Source of the DNA: an uncultured delta proteobacterium | GTDB taxonomy: Bacteria > Myxococcota > Myxococcia > Myxococcales > Myxococcaceae | DNA: 61,641 nucleotides | Reading direction: 5' to 3' | NCBI GenBank assembly: GCA_963771175.1 | Contig: CAVYSY010000009.1 | Span: 1 to 61,641 of the forward strand | In this document: positions 61,045-61,641 of the stretch, piece after piece | Layout of the letters: each line of letters begins with the position of its first letter | Position numbering within the stretch: position 1 is the first letter of the stretch | Position numbers and translations under genes: made by a program | The notes under the pieces: model-generated | What the model was told of the DNA's origin: nothing | Seen by the model: the letters and a program-made list of their open reading frames with translations, nothing else | Database searches by the model: none

Positions 61045-61539
61045 TCAGCGGGAGGCGTCGAGCAGCTCGCGGGTGCGCTTGGCGAGGAAGCTCTGGGAGC
61101 GGGGCCCACTGGCGGCGGCGACGAGCTGGCCCCGGGCATCGACGAAGACGGTGGAGGGCACCTCGCGCACGGAGAGTGGGCCGAGCACCTCTCCGGTGGC
61201 GATGGCGACCTGGCCCTGGAGCTTCCACTCGGAGATGGCTTGGCGCACGCGCTTCTCGTTCGGCTCGAGCGTGAGCAAGAGGAAGCCCACCCCCTGGGGC
61301 TCGTACTCCTTCCGGACGGCTTCCAGCTCGGGAAACTCCCGAGCACAGGTGTGTCACCTGGGGACCCACAAGTGGATGACCCAGGGTTTGCCGAGAAGCT
61401 GCTCGGGGCCGAGGCGTGGGCCGTCGAGCAGTTGGACCTGGAAGTCCGTGGGCAGGGGCCGGCGTGGCTTGTCGTAGGGCTCGCACGCGCTGGCCAGGAG
61501 CGCGAGGGCGGCAAGGACGAGGAAGGGCAGGTGTCGCAC
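61045..61539 (-). CDS. TlpA/redoxin-family lipoprotein with in-frame TGA (UxxC), candidate selenoprotein
   Basis: ORFs 61354-61602 and 61045-61290 are in the same frame. Joined they read LASAC..GKPWVIHLWVPR-U-HTC-AREFPEL..GVGFL..VPSTVFVDARG. Confidence 0.8.
61326..61344 (-). promoter_or_regulatory. Bacterial SECIS-like hairpin
   Basis: mRNA UGA-CACACCUGU-GCUCGGGA-GUU-UCCCGAGC: 8-bp stem, apical loop starting GU, 17 nt after the UGA. Confidence 0.65.
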
Positions 61540-61641
61540 GGGACTGGATACGCGCACGGGGCCGCCGTGGTTACGCCTTGCGAATGGGTTGTAGCGACGC
61601 ACCGTAAAAGCCCTTCCTCGCGACGAAGATTACACCATCGT

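Overview
High-GC (visually about 70%) chromosomal DNA of myxobacterial type, judged from gene content (probably Archangiaceae/Myxococcaceae). It holds about 50 protein-coding genes. Housekeeping and accessory genes include an M20 dipeptidase, an Rsm22-like methyltransferase, an ABC-2 transporter, prfC, M32 and M1 peptidases, rnd, ttcA, a MarR-TolC-MFP-RND efflux locus, a Ser/Thr kinase, a large Ig-repeat lipoprotein and an SF1 helicase. A small decaying accessory island (about 43.0-47.3 kb) contains a truncated AAA ATPase, a PIN-like gene bracketed by two paralogous small ORFs, a degenerate kinase-like gene and an immunity-like gene. Secreted glycan and oxidative enzymes follow. Many genes are broken by single-base indels, often at homopolymers, which looks like long-read or low-coverage consensus error rather than biology. 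I found no tRNA, rRNA, CRISPR array or transposase. The strongest find is at the right end. A TlpA/redoxin lipoprotein that the ORF track splits in two has an in-frame TGA exactly at the first Cys position of its CxxC motif (U-H-T-C), followed directly by a SECIS-like hairpin. It is the first gene of a co-oriented cluster with a homocysteine/selenocysteine S-methyltransferase and a ChaC glutathione cyclotransferase. A 55-aa ORF missing from the track, with a strong RBS and a sigma54-type promoter, lies at 39.7-39.9 kb.
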